A stretch of DNA of 18,277 nt from a virus. Lineage: Duplodnaviria > Heunggongvirae > Uroviricota > Caudoviricetes. This document shows, piece after piece, positions 8,005 to 15,837 of this stretch. The notes below the pieces were generated by a model, which was given only the letters and a program-made list of their open reading frames with translations, ran no database searches and was not told where the DNA came from. Numbering within the stretch: the first letter of the stretch is position 1; each line of letters opens with the position of its first letter. The translations under genes and the position numbers were made by a program. The stretch lies in the IMG/VR virus record IMGVR_UViG_3300031993_006620, one strand, 5' to 3'.

Positions 8005-8698
8005 CGTTGAAATCCTTGAACAGGGTAGCATAGGCCTGTTCCAGCGTAATTCCTCCAGGTACGATATTCATATCTTCCAGCGTGGGCAGCTTGTATTCAA
8101 TGAACTCACCGAGGTCAGCGTCGTATCCCCATACTTGGACCGATATGATATTGAAATCGCAGCTCGGGTTGAGTATGCGCCCATACATGTATGACGCGAG
8201 CGCGTTCTGTATCAGGGGGACGTCGTCCCACTTGGCATAGAAGCTCAGTTCCCTGTACTTTCCGCTCATGAGGCTGAACCTGCCCAGTTCCTCCCTGCTC
8301 GGCTTTCCCGGCTTGCGGACGGACGAAATCACGATATTCTTCCGGTCGTTCTGGTCTATGTGGAATTCCGCGACATAGAACGAACCTTCATTGTGCGGAA
8401 CCGTCTTGGACTCTACCGTGAACTCCAGCTTTACTTCGGGGTACGTGATGGTGAGGGTGTCAATCTCCCCAGGATTGATCATGACCTTCTCGGCTGTTCC
8501 GCCGGGTAACACCAATATGACCGCGGCGAAGTCTTCCGAATTGCTCCATGCTCTTGACTGGACGGCCCCTTCTACCACCGTCCCATCCTTTTTTATGATG
8601 GTCAGGATTTCTCCTATGATGAATAACGGAAAGGGTTTCCCATCGCGTATGGAAAGTTCGCCTTCCCATACCAGTTTGTCTTCTCTGTATACCTTCAT
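7988..8698 (-). CDS. Hypothetical protein (236 aa), probably leaderless
   Basis: Start revised to ATG 8698, which lies 6 nt after TATATT of the motif at 8705-8714. No SD. Confidence 0.75.
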   Translation of the reverse strand: MKVYREDKLVWEGELSIRDGKPFPLFIIGEILTIIKKDGTVVEGAVQSRAWSNSEDFAAVILVLPGGTAEKVMINPGEIDTLTITYPEVKLEFTVESKTVPHNEGSFYVAEFHIDQNDRKNIVISSVRKPGKPSREELGRFSLMSGKYRELSFYAKWDDVPLIQNALASYMYGRILNPSCDFNIISVQVWGYDADLGEFIEYKLPTLEDMNIVPGGITLEQAYATLFKDFNVDHWR

Positions 8699-8704
8699 GC
8701 CACT

Positions 8705-8714
8705 AATATAGCAA
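8705..8714 (-). promoter_or_regulatory. TTGCTATATT promoter, leaderless geometry
   Basis: TTGCTATATT-AGTGGC-ATG. Confidence 0.75.
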
Positions 8715-8871
8715 CAAATGCTCAATCTGGCTACTTTCGCGGGTGTCCATGCATTCGAGACTATGGTACCCATAGTTCCGGACTTGCGAAGGGTTGCCTA
8801 CTTGCTCGAACCGGTGCGTAGTTGCCACGTACGGGCTGATGTGCGTCCAGTCGGTCTCCGAGAGTATGTAG
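8715..8871 (-). ncRNA. Candidate structured RNA or long 5' leader
   Basis: Lies downstream of TTGCTATAAA (8878-8887) with no nearby ATG. Four GCAA and one GAAA potential loops, plus hairpin ACTATGG/CCATAGT. Confidence 0.35.
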
Positions 8872-8877
8872 CAGTGC

Positions 8878-8887
8878 TTTATAGCAA
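8878..8887 (-). promoter_or_regulatory. TTGCTATAAA promoter-motif variant
   Basis: Matches the recurring motif and points left into the 8715-8871 segment. Confidence 0.55.
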
Positions 8888-8950
8888 ATTCGTATCGGCG
8901 TGTCTACGCCTCGCTACGATCCGGTTAAGCGACTGTATAAACTTGGTGGT

Positions 8951-9694
8951 ATGAGCGAAAGACTAGACTGCATAATTGCAATGACTTCGTGGAAGGGCCG
9001 CATCAATAGCGAAATCCTTCGATTAACTCTTTTTAGTTTTATAAAGCAGCCCAAGGTGTGTAACTTTAAGGTTATCTTGGTGCTTAGTACGGACGAGTTT
9101 CCTATGAAGGAAGTTGAGCTGCCCGCCGAACTGGTTACTGTTATAAAATTAGCCCCGAACGCTGAGTTGATGTGGACTGGTGCGAATACTAAGGCTTACA
9201 AAAAATACTTCCCAGTGGCTCGTGCTTACCCAGATGTTCCTATCATCACGGTCGACGACGATTCCCCGGCGAAGAACAATTTCTTGACTACGCTGTGGGA
9301 ACTCCATACCAAGGATCCAGATCGAGTTATCTATGGGTATAACCACGTATTACCCGATTTAACACTTAACGGCTGTATCGACAATGTTCGGTATGGTGTT
9401 GCCCTTTATCCGCCTAATTCACTTTATCCGTTGGATGAGACTTTTGGTCATGAGTTCTTTAAGGATATGGATGACGAATTTATGCGGCTGTTGCATGTTC
9501 TGAATGGTACACGATATAGAGCGGTTGACGCTTATTCGATCTTGCATATGCAAGCTAGTAATCAAGATGTCGCTATGGGTCGAATTATGAGTGACCAGTG
9601 GGGGCAGATTTCATCTATGTGGAATAAGCTGTGGAAGGTTTCCCCAGAATTGAAGAAGATTTGGGATAAGAATAAATGTATTCAAAATTACTAA
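8951..9694 (+). CDS. GT-A fold glycosyltransferase (GT2-like)
   Basis: AMTSWKGRI, VILVLSTDEFP, YKKYFP and IITVDDD (DxD metal-binding) motifs match glycosyltransferases of capsule loci. Start revised to ATG 8951 (GGTGGT upstream), 247 aa. Confidence 0.8.
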   Translation: MSERLDCIIAMTSWKGRINSEILRLTLFSFIKQPKVCNFKVILVLSTDEFPMKEVELPAELVTVIKLAPNAELMWTGANTKAYKKYFPVARAYPDVPIITVDDDSPAKNNFLTTLWELHTKDPDRVIYGYNHVLPDLTLNGCIDNVRYGVALYPPNSLYPLDETFGHEFFKDMDDEFMRLLHVLNGTRYRAVDAYSILHMQASNQDVAMGRIMSDQWGQISSMWNKLWKVSPELKKIWDKNKCIQNY

Positions 9695-9724
9695 CATCAT
9701 TCAACCTATTTATCCGAGGATAAT

Positions 9725-11497
9725 ATGTCTAAAATTATGCAAGTCTATGCCGCATACAATCGTCATGATATCGATCGGTTTAATAGTAGCAGCGGGGGTA
9801 TGTTTTCAGCTTTTGCCAGCAAAGTTTTAGCCGATGATGGGTACGTATTCGGCGCGGTGTTCGATACGGACTTTAGTGTGGTTATGAAAGGAACTAACTC
9901 CGATATCACGCCTATGATGGGGTCGAAATATTTGAGGGCTAAACCTGGTACCTCATTCAAGGATTGCGAAGACTTATTGGAAGCTGGTACGACGGTGTTA
10001 TACACGGGAACCCCGTGCCAAATATATGGTTTAAAAGCCTTCCTAAAGAAAGACTATGAAAACTTGTACACGGTCGATATATTTTGCCATGGAACACCGA
10101 ATGCGAACGCATGGCAACGCTATTTAAGGGAACTTGGAAAACCAATTGAATCAGTTAATTTTCGTGACAAGCGAAACGGGTGGACAAATTATGGTATTTC
10201 GATTAAGTTCAAGGATGGAACCGAGCTATACGAATCCCATAATACTAATCGTTATATACAGTTATTCTTAAATAATACCATTTTAAATAAGTCGTGTTTC
10301 GAGTGTAAATATAGAGCGAACAGCGTGGCCGATATTAGTATTGGCGACCTGTGGGGTTACACACAACTCGGTGACAAAGTGCCTAGCGACAATCGAGGGT
10401 TATCCGCTGTCGTCATTCATACTGAGAAGGGTCAGAAACTGGTTGAGTTGGCTGATATCAACAAGGTACAAATTGATTATTCCTTTGTTACCAAGAACAA
10501 CTGTATTGATATGAAACTGACGGTTCCACCATATCATTCATTTTACACTAAACTCACAACACAACCGAAAATTGGCATCGTCACGGATCAAGTGTACAAA
10601 AATGTTGGCGGAATTTTACAGGCGGTGTCGCTTTCCAGCATAATTCAAGAATATACTGGATTCCAACCAGTATTTCCTAACCAAATTGACAATGGGCATC
10701 TTAAATACTTTGATAAGCACTGTAAATGGGAGTCTAACTCAATAAATGATAGTTACCAGGTGATGGTGGTTGGTAGCGATCAAGTATGGAATCGACTTTA
10801 CTGTACGCCGGTACCATTTAATGATAAATATTGTATTCATCCAACCATCAAAAAAGTTGTCTATGCAGCTTCGTTCGGTCATCACGACTACTTATATAGT
10901 GATGACGAAATACGTCGTATTAGAGAGTCGCTTAAACAAGTCAAGTACATATCGACTCGCGAGCTGTTTGGTCAGGTAATGACCCGGCGATGGTTCCACG
11001 TCGACTCGACGCCGGTGCTCGATCCGACGATGTTGCACGACGCTAATTTCTACTTAAATACTATCAATGAGTCACCTTGCCTTGATAATGACGGTATATT
11101 TGCCTATATACTTGACGACAGTACCGAATGGCAGTCTTCATTGAACAAACTAGCCAATACACTAGGAACGCAAGTTCTTCCATTTGATGGGAGCTGTGAG
11201 CAGTTTATCAGCAATATGAACAAAGCTAAGTATGTCATAACCGATTCATACCACGGTACTGTATTCAGTTTGATATTCAACAAGCCATTCATAACGTATC
11301 GTAACGTCGCTCGTGGGAACGACAGGTTCGATGACTTGTGCTTCCGGTTCAAACCAATTAGGAACCAGTTCGTAACCAAAGTCGCTGATATATGTAACAC
11401 AGACTTGCTGAATGCGACACCTAACGTCCAGAATTATATCTTGTACTTCCGCCAAGGAAGCCTAGATTTCTTACGGCGTGGATTGATGCAGATTTAG
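9725..11497 (+). CDS. Fusion: coenzyme F420 hydrogenase beta-subunit-like (FrhB/FdhB) domain + polysaccharide pyruvyltransferase domain
   Basis: N-half: SSSGG, GSKY, GTPCQ, DIFCHGTP, SCFECKY, ADISIGDLWG. C-half from ~10560: KIGIVT...NVGGILQA, VVGSDQVWN, YAASFG, ISTRE, DPTML, TDSYHGTVFSLIFNKPF. GAGG SD. Confidence 0.88.
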   Translation: MSKIMQVYAAYNRHDIDRFNSSSGGMFSAFASKVLADDGYVFGAVFDTDFSVVMKGTNSDITPMMGSKYLRAKPGTSFKDCEDLLEAGTTVLYTGTPCQIYGLKAFLKKDYENLYTVDIFCHGTPNANAWQRYLRELGKPIESVNFRDKRNGWTNYGISIKFKDGTELYESHNTNRYIQLFLNNTILNKSCFECKYRANSVADISIGDLWGYTQLGDKVPSDNRGLSAVVIHTEKGQKLVELADINKVQIDYSFVTKNNCIDMKLTVPPYHSFYTKLTTQPKIGIVTDQVYKNVGGILQAVSLSSIIQEYTGFQPVFPNQIDNGHLKYFDKHCKWESNSINDSYQVMVVGSDQVWNRLYCTPVPFNDKYCIHPTIKKVVYAASFGHHDYLYSDDEIRRIRESLKQVKYISTRELFGQVMTRRWFHVDSTPVLDPTMLHDANFYLNTINESPCLDNDGIFAYILDDSTEWQSSLNKLANTLGTQVLPFDGSCEQFISNMNKAKYVITDSYHGTVFSLIFNKPFITYRNVARGNDRFDDLCFRFKPIRNQFVTKVADICNTDLLNATPNVQNYILYFRQGSLDFLRRGLMQI

Positions 11498-12075
11498 TAT
11501 AGCATTAATACTTGTATATGGTGCTCATTGATTGATTCTACAAATCCTTGCAGAACGTCAATCAATTTAGTGCAATCCGATATGAGAGTGTTTCGATCGT
11601 TGTCGGAAAGCTCCTCGATGTTATATTTAGTTTTTGCACAAGTTTCAATGTGTTTAGATAATTGTTCGAGTAACGTATGAATTGTCGTTGAATGTTTCTT
11701 TGCTATTCGAATGCATCTGTGTAAAAAATCAAAGCCGGTCAAATCAACTCTGGTCTCGTACTCTCTAATACCGTCAATAATCTCATTTGCCGATACGTGC
11801 TTGGTTCGAGCTTTATCACGAAGCTCGGTTAAAAAATCATGTAATGCACCGTAACCGGTTTCCTTAAAGAACCAAGCCATATCATACAACTGTCGGTAAG
11901 CAATGTGTTTCAATATATTTTTTATTCGTGTTCCAATACTGGTTAAATATGATACCGCCAGTTTTACCGCTTCTATCGGGCCAGTCCATTTTGATTTACA
12001 AATAAGATATACACAGATTACAAAGCATAATGCACCTATTGAAAATTTACCTAATTCGGTTAAATTGATATCCAT
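11494..12075 (-). CDS. Hypothetical protein with N-terminal membrane anchor (193 aa)
   Basis: Hydrophobic FSIGALCFVICVYLIC followed by a helical region. AT-rich. Its stop overlaps the convergent stop (TTAG 11494-11497). Confidence 0.75.
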   Translation of the reverse strand: MDINLTELGKFSIGALCFVICVYLICKSKWTGPIEAVKLAVSYLTSIGTRIKNILKHIAYRQLYDMAWFFKETGYGALHDFLTELRDKARTKHVSANEIIDGIREYETRVDLTGFDFLHRCIRIAKKHSTTIHTLLEQLSKHIETCAKTKYNIEELSDNDRNTLISDCTKLIDVLQGFVESINEHHIQVLMLY

Positions 12076-12090
12076 TTGGGCATTCCTTTA

Positions 12091-12133
12091 AATATTGACA
12101 TACTTCATTACATGTCAACATTTAATATAGCAA
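12091..12133 (-). promoter_or_regulatory. TTGCTATATT promoter with adjacent inverted repeat
   Basis: Motif at 12124-12133. Inverted repeat AATATTGACAT (12091-12101) / ATGTCAACATT (12112-12122), 10/11 complementary. Confidence 0.65.
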
Positions 12134-12309
12134 AAATTAAGTATTTTGCAACTCACTCAACGTTCCGACCGCTTACCAAGGACGAGCTGGTTATTCTTAT
12201 TCACAAATCCTCGAAAAATGAGCACTGACTTCCACGATCAGTTTATACCGGGCACGCGCCATATATAAATATATGCGTGGCCATGCCACCGGTTGCCCTG
12301 TGTCAAAAA

Positions 12310-12319
12310 TTGCTATATA
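12310..12319 (+). promoter_or_regulatory. TTGCTATATA promoter, leaderless geometry
   Basis: TTGCTATATA-TGGATC-ATG(12326). Confidence 0.75.
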
Positions 12320-12325
12320 TGGATC

Positions 12326-13204
12326 ATGGAATACAATAATGTGACTCTCTTTGGCAACGAATACCAAGTGTTTTACGGGTCGTGCTGCGCAAGCAACTCC
12401 CCTAAGCGTACCCTATATGTTGAGTTTACCGACGTATGTAATGCCCGTTGCCCATTTTGCTCGGCGCAACACGGCACGAGGGTACTATCGCCGAAATCGT
12501 TGGAGAAATGCTTGGCCGAACTCGTGTCAGCCGACGTGATTGACCGCGTATCCGTCACCGGAGGCGAACCGCTTATCGTCCCCGACCATATCACCCTGTC
12601 CAATCTGTTCGACGTATTGGACAACGGCGGACTGGACTACTATGCCGTGACGACCAACGGTAGATACCTGGCGAAAAACTTCGTACTTCTTGAAGGCCTG
12701 GCCAAATTGAAATACCTGAACGTCAGCCGTCACCATTACGACGATGCGGTGAATCGCGACATATTCGGTGACAGGGATATTCCCGGGCTGGACACGGTGG
12801 CCGCCATATTGCACATGCTGAAACCGGATGTAATACGTAGCCGGTTGAATTGCACATTGTATACGGCTGACATCAACCCGGAATGGGTACAGTCTTACAT
12901 AAGGTCGGCGTCGGAACATGAAATCAAATCCGTACTATTCCGCCCCAACTACTTCGGCACACGGAATTCCGCCATATCGAATTGGTTCGCCAATAAACTT
13001 ACAGGTCGCAAGGATTCAACCAAGTGCCACTGCATGCAGGGTTGCGTGGGGAATGTCATGGTGGAATACCGTGATGTTGACGTTGCGCTTGAACGGAAAA
13101 TTGAAATGTCCGGTCAATACATAAGAAACTTCGTATTGCATGCCGACGGCCGGCTTACCGGTGGATGGTCAAACGAGTCGATAGTATTACACGATTTTGG
13201 GTAA
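12326..13204 (+). CDS. Radical SAM enzyme, substrate unknown
   Basis: CNARCPFC (CxxxCxxC), VTGGEP, TTNG and NVSRHHYDD motifs. Start revised to ATG 12326, 292 aa. Confidence 0.92.
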   Translation: MEYNNVTLFGNEYQVFYGSCCASNSPKRTLYVEFTDVCNARCPFCSAQHGTRVLSPKSLEKCLAELVSADVIDRVSVTGGEPLIVPDHITLSNLFDVLDNGGLDYYAVTTNGRYLAKNFVLLEGLAKLKYLNVSRHHYDDAVNRDIFGDRDIPGLDTVAAILHMLKPDVIRSRLNCTLYTADINPEWVQSYIRSASEHEIKSVLFRPNYFGTRNSAISNWFANKLTGRKDSTKCHCMQGCVGNVMVEYRDVDVALERKIEMSGQYIRNFVLHADGRLTGGWSNESIVLHDFG

Positions 13205-13269
13205 GCCGTACATTTCACAACCGTGGCCGTAAGTTGCACTACAAACCGGCTTTTCCTATCTTTCCGGTT

Positions 13270-13878
13270 ATGCAAAAGGACCCAAGATTCACACCGCTGG
13301 AACGGTTGCCCCACCGGGACAAGCTGAACCGGTACTGGCCGAACGTACTATATCCGGGAGCCGGAGTCGTCGGTCTGGCCGAATGCACGGCGCAAGTCAA
13401 CAAGGATTCGGCACGCAAGAAGCGTATAATCGACGCCTTGAGGGATTTACGGGTCAGGATAACCAAGGACAAGGTGTTCTTGAAGGTTCCGAACGTACAG
13501 TTTTACGATTTCTACTTAAATCTCAGATATACCGGCGAGCTGTTCGATTCCAGTGACTGGAACGGCCGCGAGGCCAGAGTAGGCGTCAGGGCCGTCTTCT
13601 ACACCGGGAAATACCATTGGCGGGACGTGGACGTGCGGTGCGTCCTGGACCAGTACAACAGCGACTACAGCTACTACAGCGGACTCGGACTGACCGTTCG
13701 CCGCAGGAAAGACGGGATGTACTACGCCACCGTGTTCCTTTTCAAGGTTCATTACGAATGGAGCGACAAGAGTTCATACGGCTACTACATAGGCCACGAG
13801 TTCGAGGCCGACCTCGTCGGTTCGGCAAGCCGTGGTATGCGGCTGAAGCTGGCTCCTAAAGGTACCGGCAAGCGATGA
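13270..13878 (+). CDS. Hypothetical protein (about 202 aa)
   Basis: First ATG after the radical SAM stop. The longer GTG-start version would overlap the upstream gene. Confidence 0.7.
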   Translation: MQKDPRFTPLERLPHRDKLNRYWPNVLYPGAGVVGLAECTAQVNKDSARKKRIIDALRDLRVRITKDKVFLKVPNVQFYDFYLNLRYTGELFDSSDWNGREARVGVRAVFYTGKYHWRDVDVRCVLDQYNSDYSYYSGLGLTVRRRKDGMYYATVFLFKVHYEWSDKSSYGYYIGHEFEADLVGSASRGMRLKLAPKGTGKR

Positions 13879-14083
13879 AGAATATGGTCGAGACGACCAC
13901 GCTGATTATCACGAATATCTGGTAGTTTCTGAACGTCTTCGGTGTCGGGGTTACGCCGTCGTCGGCTGTCCCGAAGAAGATCGAGAACATCTCGAAGAAG
14001 CAGAATATCGACAGCTCGACTATGCACAGAACCAGCCACCAAGTGCCTTCTTCGCCCAGATGTTCTACAAGAAACGAGTTCAT
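13856..14083 (-). CDS. Small two-TM membrane protein (75 aa), probably leaderless
   Basis: Two hydrophobic segments. TTGCTATATT-TCCGGT-ATG immediately upstream. Confidence 0.75.
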   Translation of the reverse strand: MNSFLVEHLGEEGTWWLVLCIVELSIFCFFEMFSIFFGTADDGVTPTPKTFRNYQIFVIISVVVSTIFFIACRYL

Positions 14084-14099
14084 ACCGGAAATATAGCAA
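14079..14099 (-). promoter_or_regulatory. Leaderless promoter/start unit, 21-bp exact repeat copy 1
   Basis: TTCATACCGGAAATATAGCAA is identical to 15833-15853. Confidence 0.85.
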
Positions 14100-14137
14100 C
14101 AAGTTGCTAAGTGTCGACGCTGGGTGCCCCTGTTGTT

Positions 14138-14174
14138 TTGACAAATAGCACGAAACCGTCATAATTGCTATATT
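14138..14174 (+). promoter_or_regulatory. Tandem promoters: TTGACA-16-CATAAT and TTGCTATATT
   Basis: TTGACA 14138-14143, CATAAT 14160-14165 and motif 14165-14174, all upstream of ATG 14214. Confidence 0.6.
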
Positions 14175-14213
14175 TATGCACAAGGAGCTGATTGTAATTT
14201 TGAAAAGGGTAAT

Positions 14214-14765
14214 ATGCTAAAGCCAGAAGTACAGCAAGCGCTGTTCGACAAGTACGCACCGGATCCGACCGGTGCCAAGTGGGACATCAAACGTTTCACC
14301 GAGCGAATAGCTACCGAACCGTCACCAAGGGGAGACTGGTTGCGGAAGTATCTGCACGCCGTGTGCGACGACACCATCAAGACCAAGTTCAACGACCCGG
14401 ATGTGACGGAAAGTATCGTGGCAAACCCTAGTTGGCTGTTTTGCGGAGAAGCTCATTCCAAATTTCCGTCATTGCTCAAGGGAGTCGACTGGCACCACGT
14501 CACCGACGAGATGGTCGACAAGTTGCTCCAGCAGCTGTCGGATTCATTCTCATTACACGCCGCTGGCAATGCGATCAATCTGCTTGCGTCGTTCAAGTAT
14601 AACGATACTAGCCTCGAACGCCAAGAAAAGGCTAAGGAATGCCTCGAAAAACTGCTGCCTGATTCAGTGGAAGCCTTCTTCGAAGGACCTGCTATCAACA
14701 TTCCGATCGAGGAACGTCTAAAAGCAATTAAGTACCGTATGATCGAGTACATCACCAACCTATAG
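14214..14765 (+). CDS. Hypothetical helical protein (183 aa)
   Basis: AAGGGT SD and upstream promoter. No family recognised. Confidence 0.8.
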   Translation: MLKPEVQQALFDKYAPDPTGAKWDIKRFTERIATEPSPRGDWLRKYLHAVCDDTIKTKFNDPDVTESIVANPSWLFCGEAHSKFPSLLKGVDWHHVTDEMVDKLLQQLSDSFSLHAAGNAINLLASFKYNDTSLERQEKAKECLEKLLPDSVEAFFEGPAINIPIEERLKAIKYRMIEYITNL

Positions 14766-14775
14766 AAGAACCCAA

Positions 14776-15033
14776 ATGAAACACGGCCAGTTGAATCCGA
14801 GAATTGGTGCTGGAATGCTTAAAGTAAAGGCAATGCAAGTGACCTTGCCTATCAAGGCTGAAATTACTTGGGAGTGTCCGCACTGCAACGCACGAGGTAC
14901 CCACGAATATCCGTTACGCGACATGTTCGATAACCATTCCAAGATTGTAGCGAAGTGCTGGAATTGCGACAAATCCGTCGTCGTGCGTCTAACCGGAATT
15001 TCTACAGAACTCAAGAAGGAAAAGCGTGGTTAA
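14776..15033 (+). CDS. Small Zn-ribbon protein
   Basis: CPHC...CWNC pair in 85 aa. Confidence 0.7.
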   Translation: MKHGQLNPRIGAGMLKVKAMQVTLPIKAEITWECPHCNARGTHEYPLRDMFDNHSKIVAKCWNCDKSVVVRLTGISTELKKEKRG

Positions 15034-15389
15034 GGCATCTCGTTGCTGAAAGCAATCGCCAGATAGTCGGCAATGATGCTGTTACGCAACTGTTCGAACT
15101 GTTCGTCATCCCTAGTATCGTATTTACGTTTTTGATATGAGATACGTGCGTATAGAACAGTCTTGTGTTCGTGCAAGATGTCTAGGTCGTCGAGTATTTT
15201 GCGTAGTCCAGATTGGAACGAACACGACCTGGTATAGACCCAGCCCCATAGTCTAGCCTTCCCTCGCTTCGAGTAAGGATTCCGTGCGTATTCGGCTATA
15301 CTCAACTCGGTACAGCCTTCGAACTGCCAATATGTTTTATATGTCGTGTACCGTCTGTAGTTTTCTGAAAATAGATATGTCGGGTCCAT
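15030..15389 (-). CDS. Hypothetical protein (about 119 aa)
   Basis: ATG 15389 follows AGGGG SD. The alternative start is ATG 15404. Confidence 0.7.
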   Translation of the reverse strand: MDPTYLFSENYRRYTTYKTYWQFEGCTELSIAEYARNPYSKRGKARLWGWVYTRSCSFQSGLRKILDDLDILHEHKTVLYARISYQKRKYDTRDDEQFEQLRNSIIADYLAIAFSNEMP

Positions 15390-15414
15390 ATATCCCCTAA
15401 GCATAATGCCGGAC

Positions 15415-15837
15415 CTATAAGCCGTCTCGAACCTTCAGTTTAACTCCGAAGAAACGTTCAAGCAATTCGGTAAGCTGCTTTTCGGTGTCGATCACGTAGT
15501 CGTGCGTCTCGTTTTTTCCGTCCGGCGTCTTCAATTCCGTGCGGATAATCGCTTCCGACGTATGGCGGCCGTCATCCGATGTATGGTAGCGGCTGTGCCC
15601 CCAGGTCACGTTATGGTTCCAGCCGTTGTGCATCCAGATGTCGTCGTGGATGTTCGCAAAGCCTACATCTGGATAGCAACGCCAGTCCCAGTCGGCTGGG
15701 GCGTAGGTAAGTCCGAACTGTTCGAACTTTCTGCAGACGTTTTCGAACTCCGCTTCGGAAATGTGATGTATCGTCTTGTCACCGTTCCGGTAAGTGTAAG
15801 TCTTGGTAGTTTCGTCGTAGGTGTAGTCGGTTTTCAT
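15415..15837 (-). CDS. Hypothetical protein (140 aa), probably leaderless
   Basis: TTGCTATATT-TCCGGT-ATG upstream, no SD. Confidence 0.8.
   Translation of the reverse strand: MKTDYTYDETTKTYTYRNGDKTIHHISEAEFENVCRKFEQFGLTYAPADWDWRCYPDVGFANIHDDIWMHNGWNHNVTWGHSRYHTSDDGRHTSEAIIRTELKTPDGKNETHDYVIDTEKQLTELLERFFGVKLKVRDGL

Noticed and set aside
8795-8820. GGTTCGA resembling a tRNA T-loop
   Set aside because: Flanks do not form a T-stem and no cloverleaf can be built.
8718-8954. 78-aa plus-strand ORF ending in an ATGA overlap with the glycosyltransferase start
   Set aside because: No SD or promoter, it starts inside the opposite promoter, and no motif is recognisable. Not called, but the ATGA overlap means it is not fully excluded.
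12112-12228. 38-codon plus-strand ORF MSTFNIAK...
   Set aside because: Runs through the opposite promoter, lacks an SD, and is short enough to arise by chance.
12326-13204. Assignment of the radical SAM as viperin, QueE or MoaA
   Set aside because: Family-specific motifs were not recognised, so no gene symbol is given.
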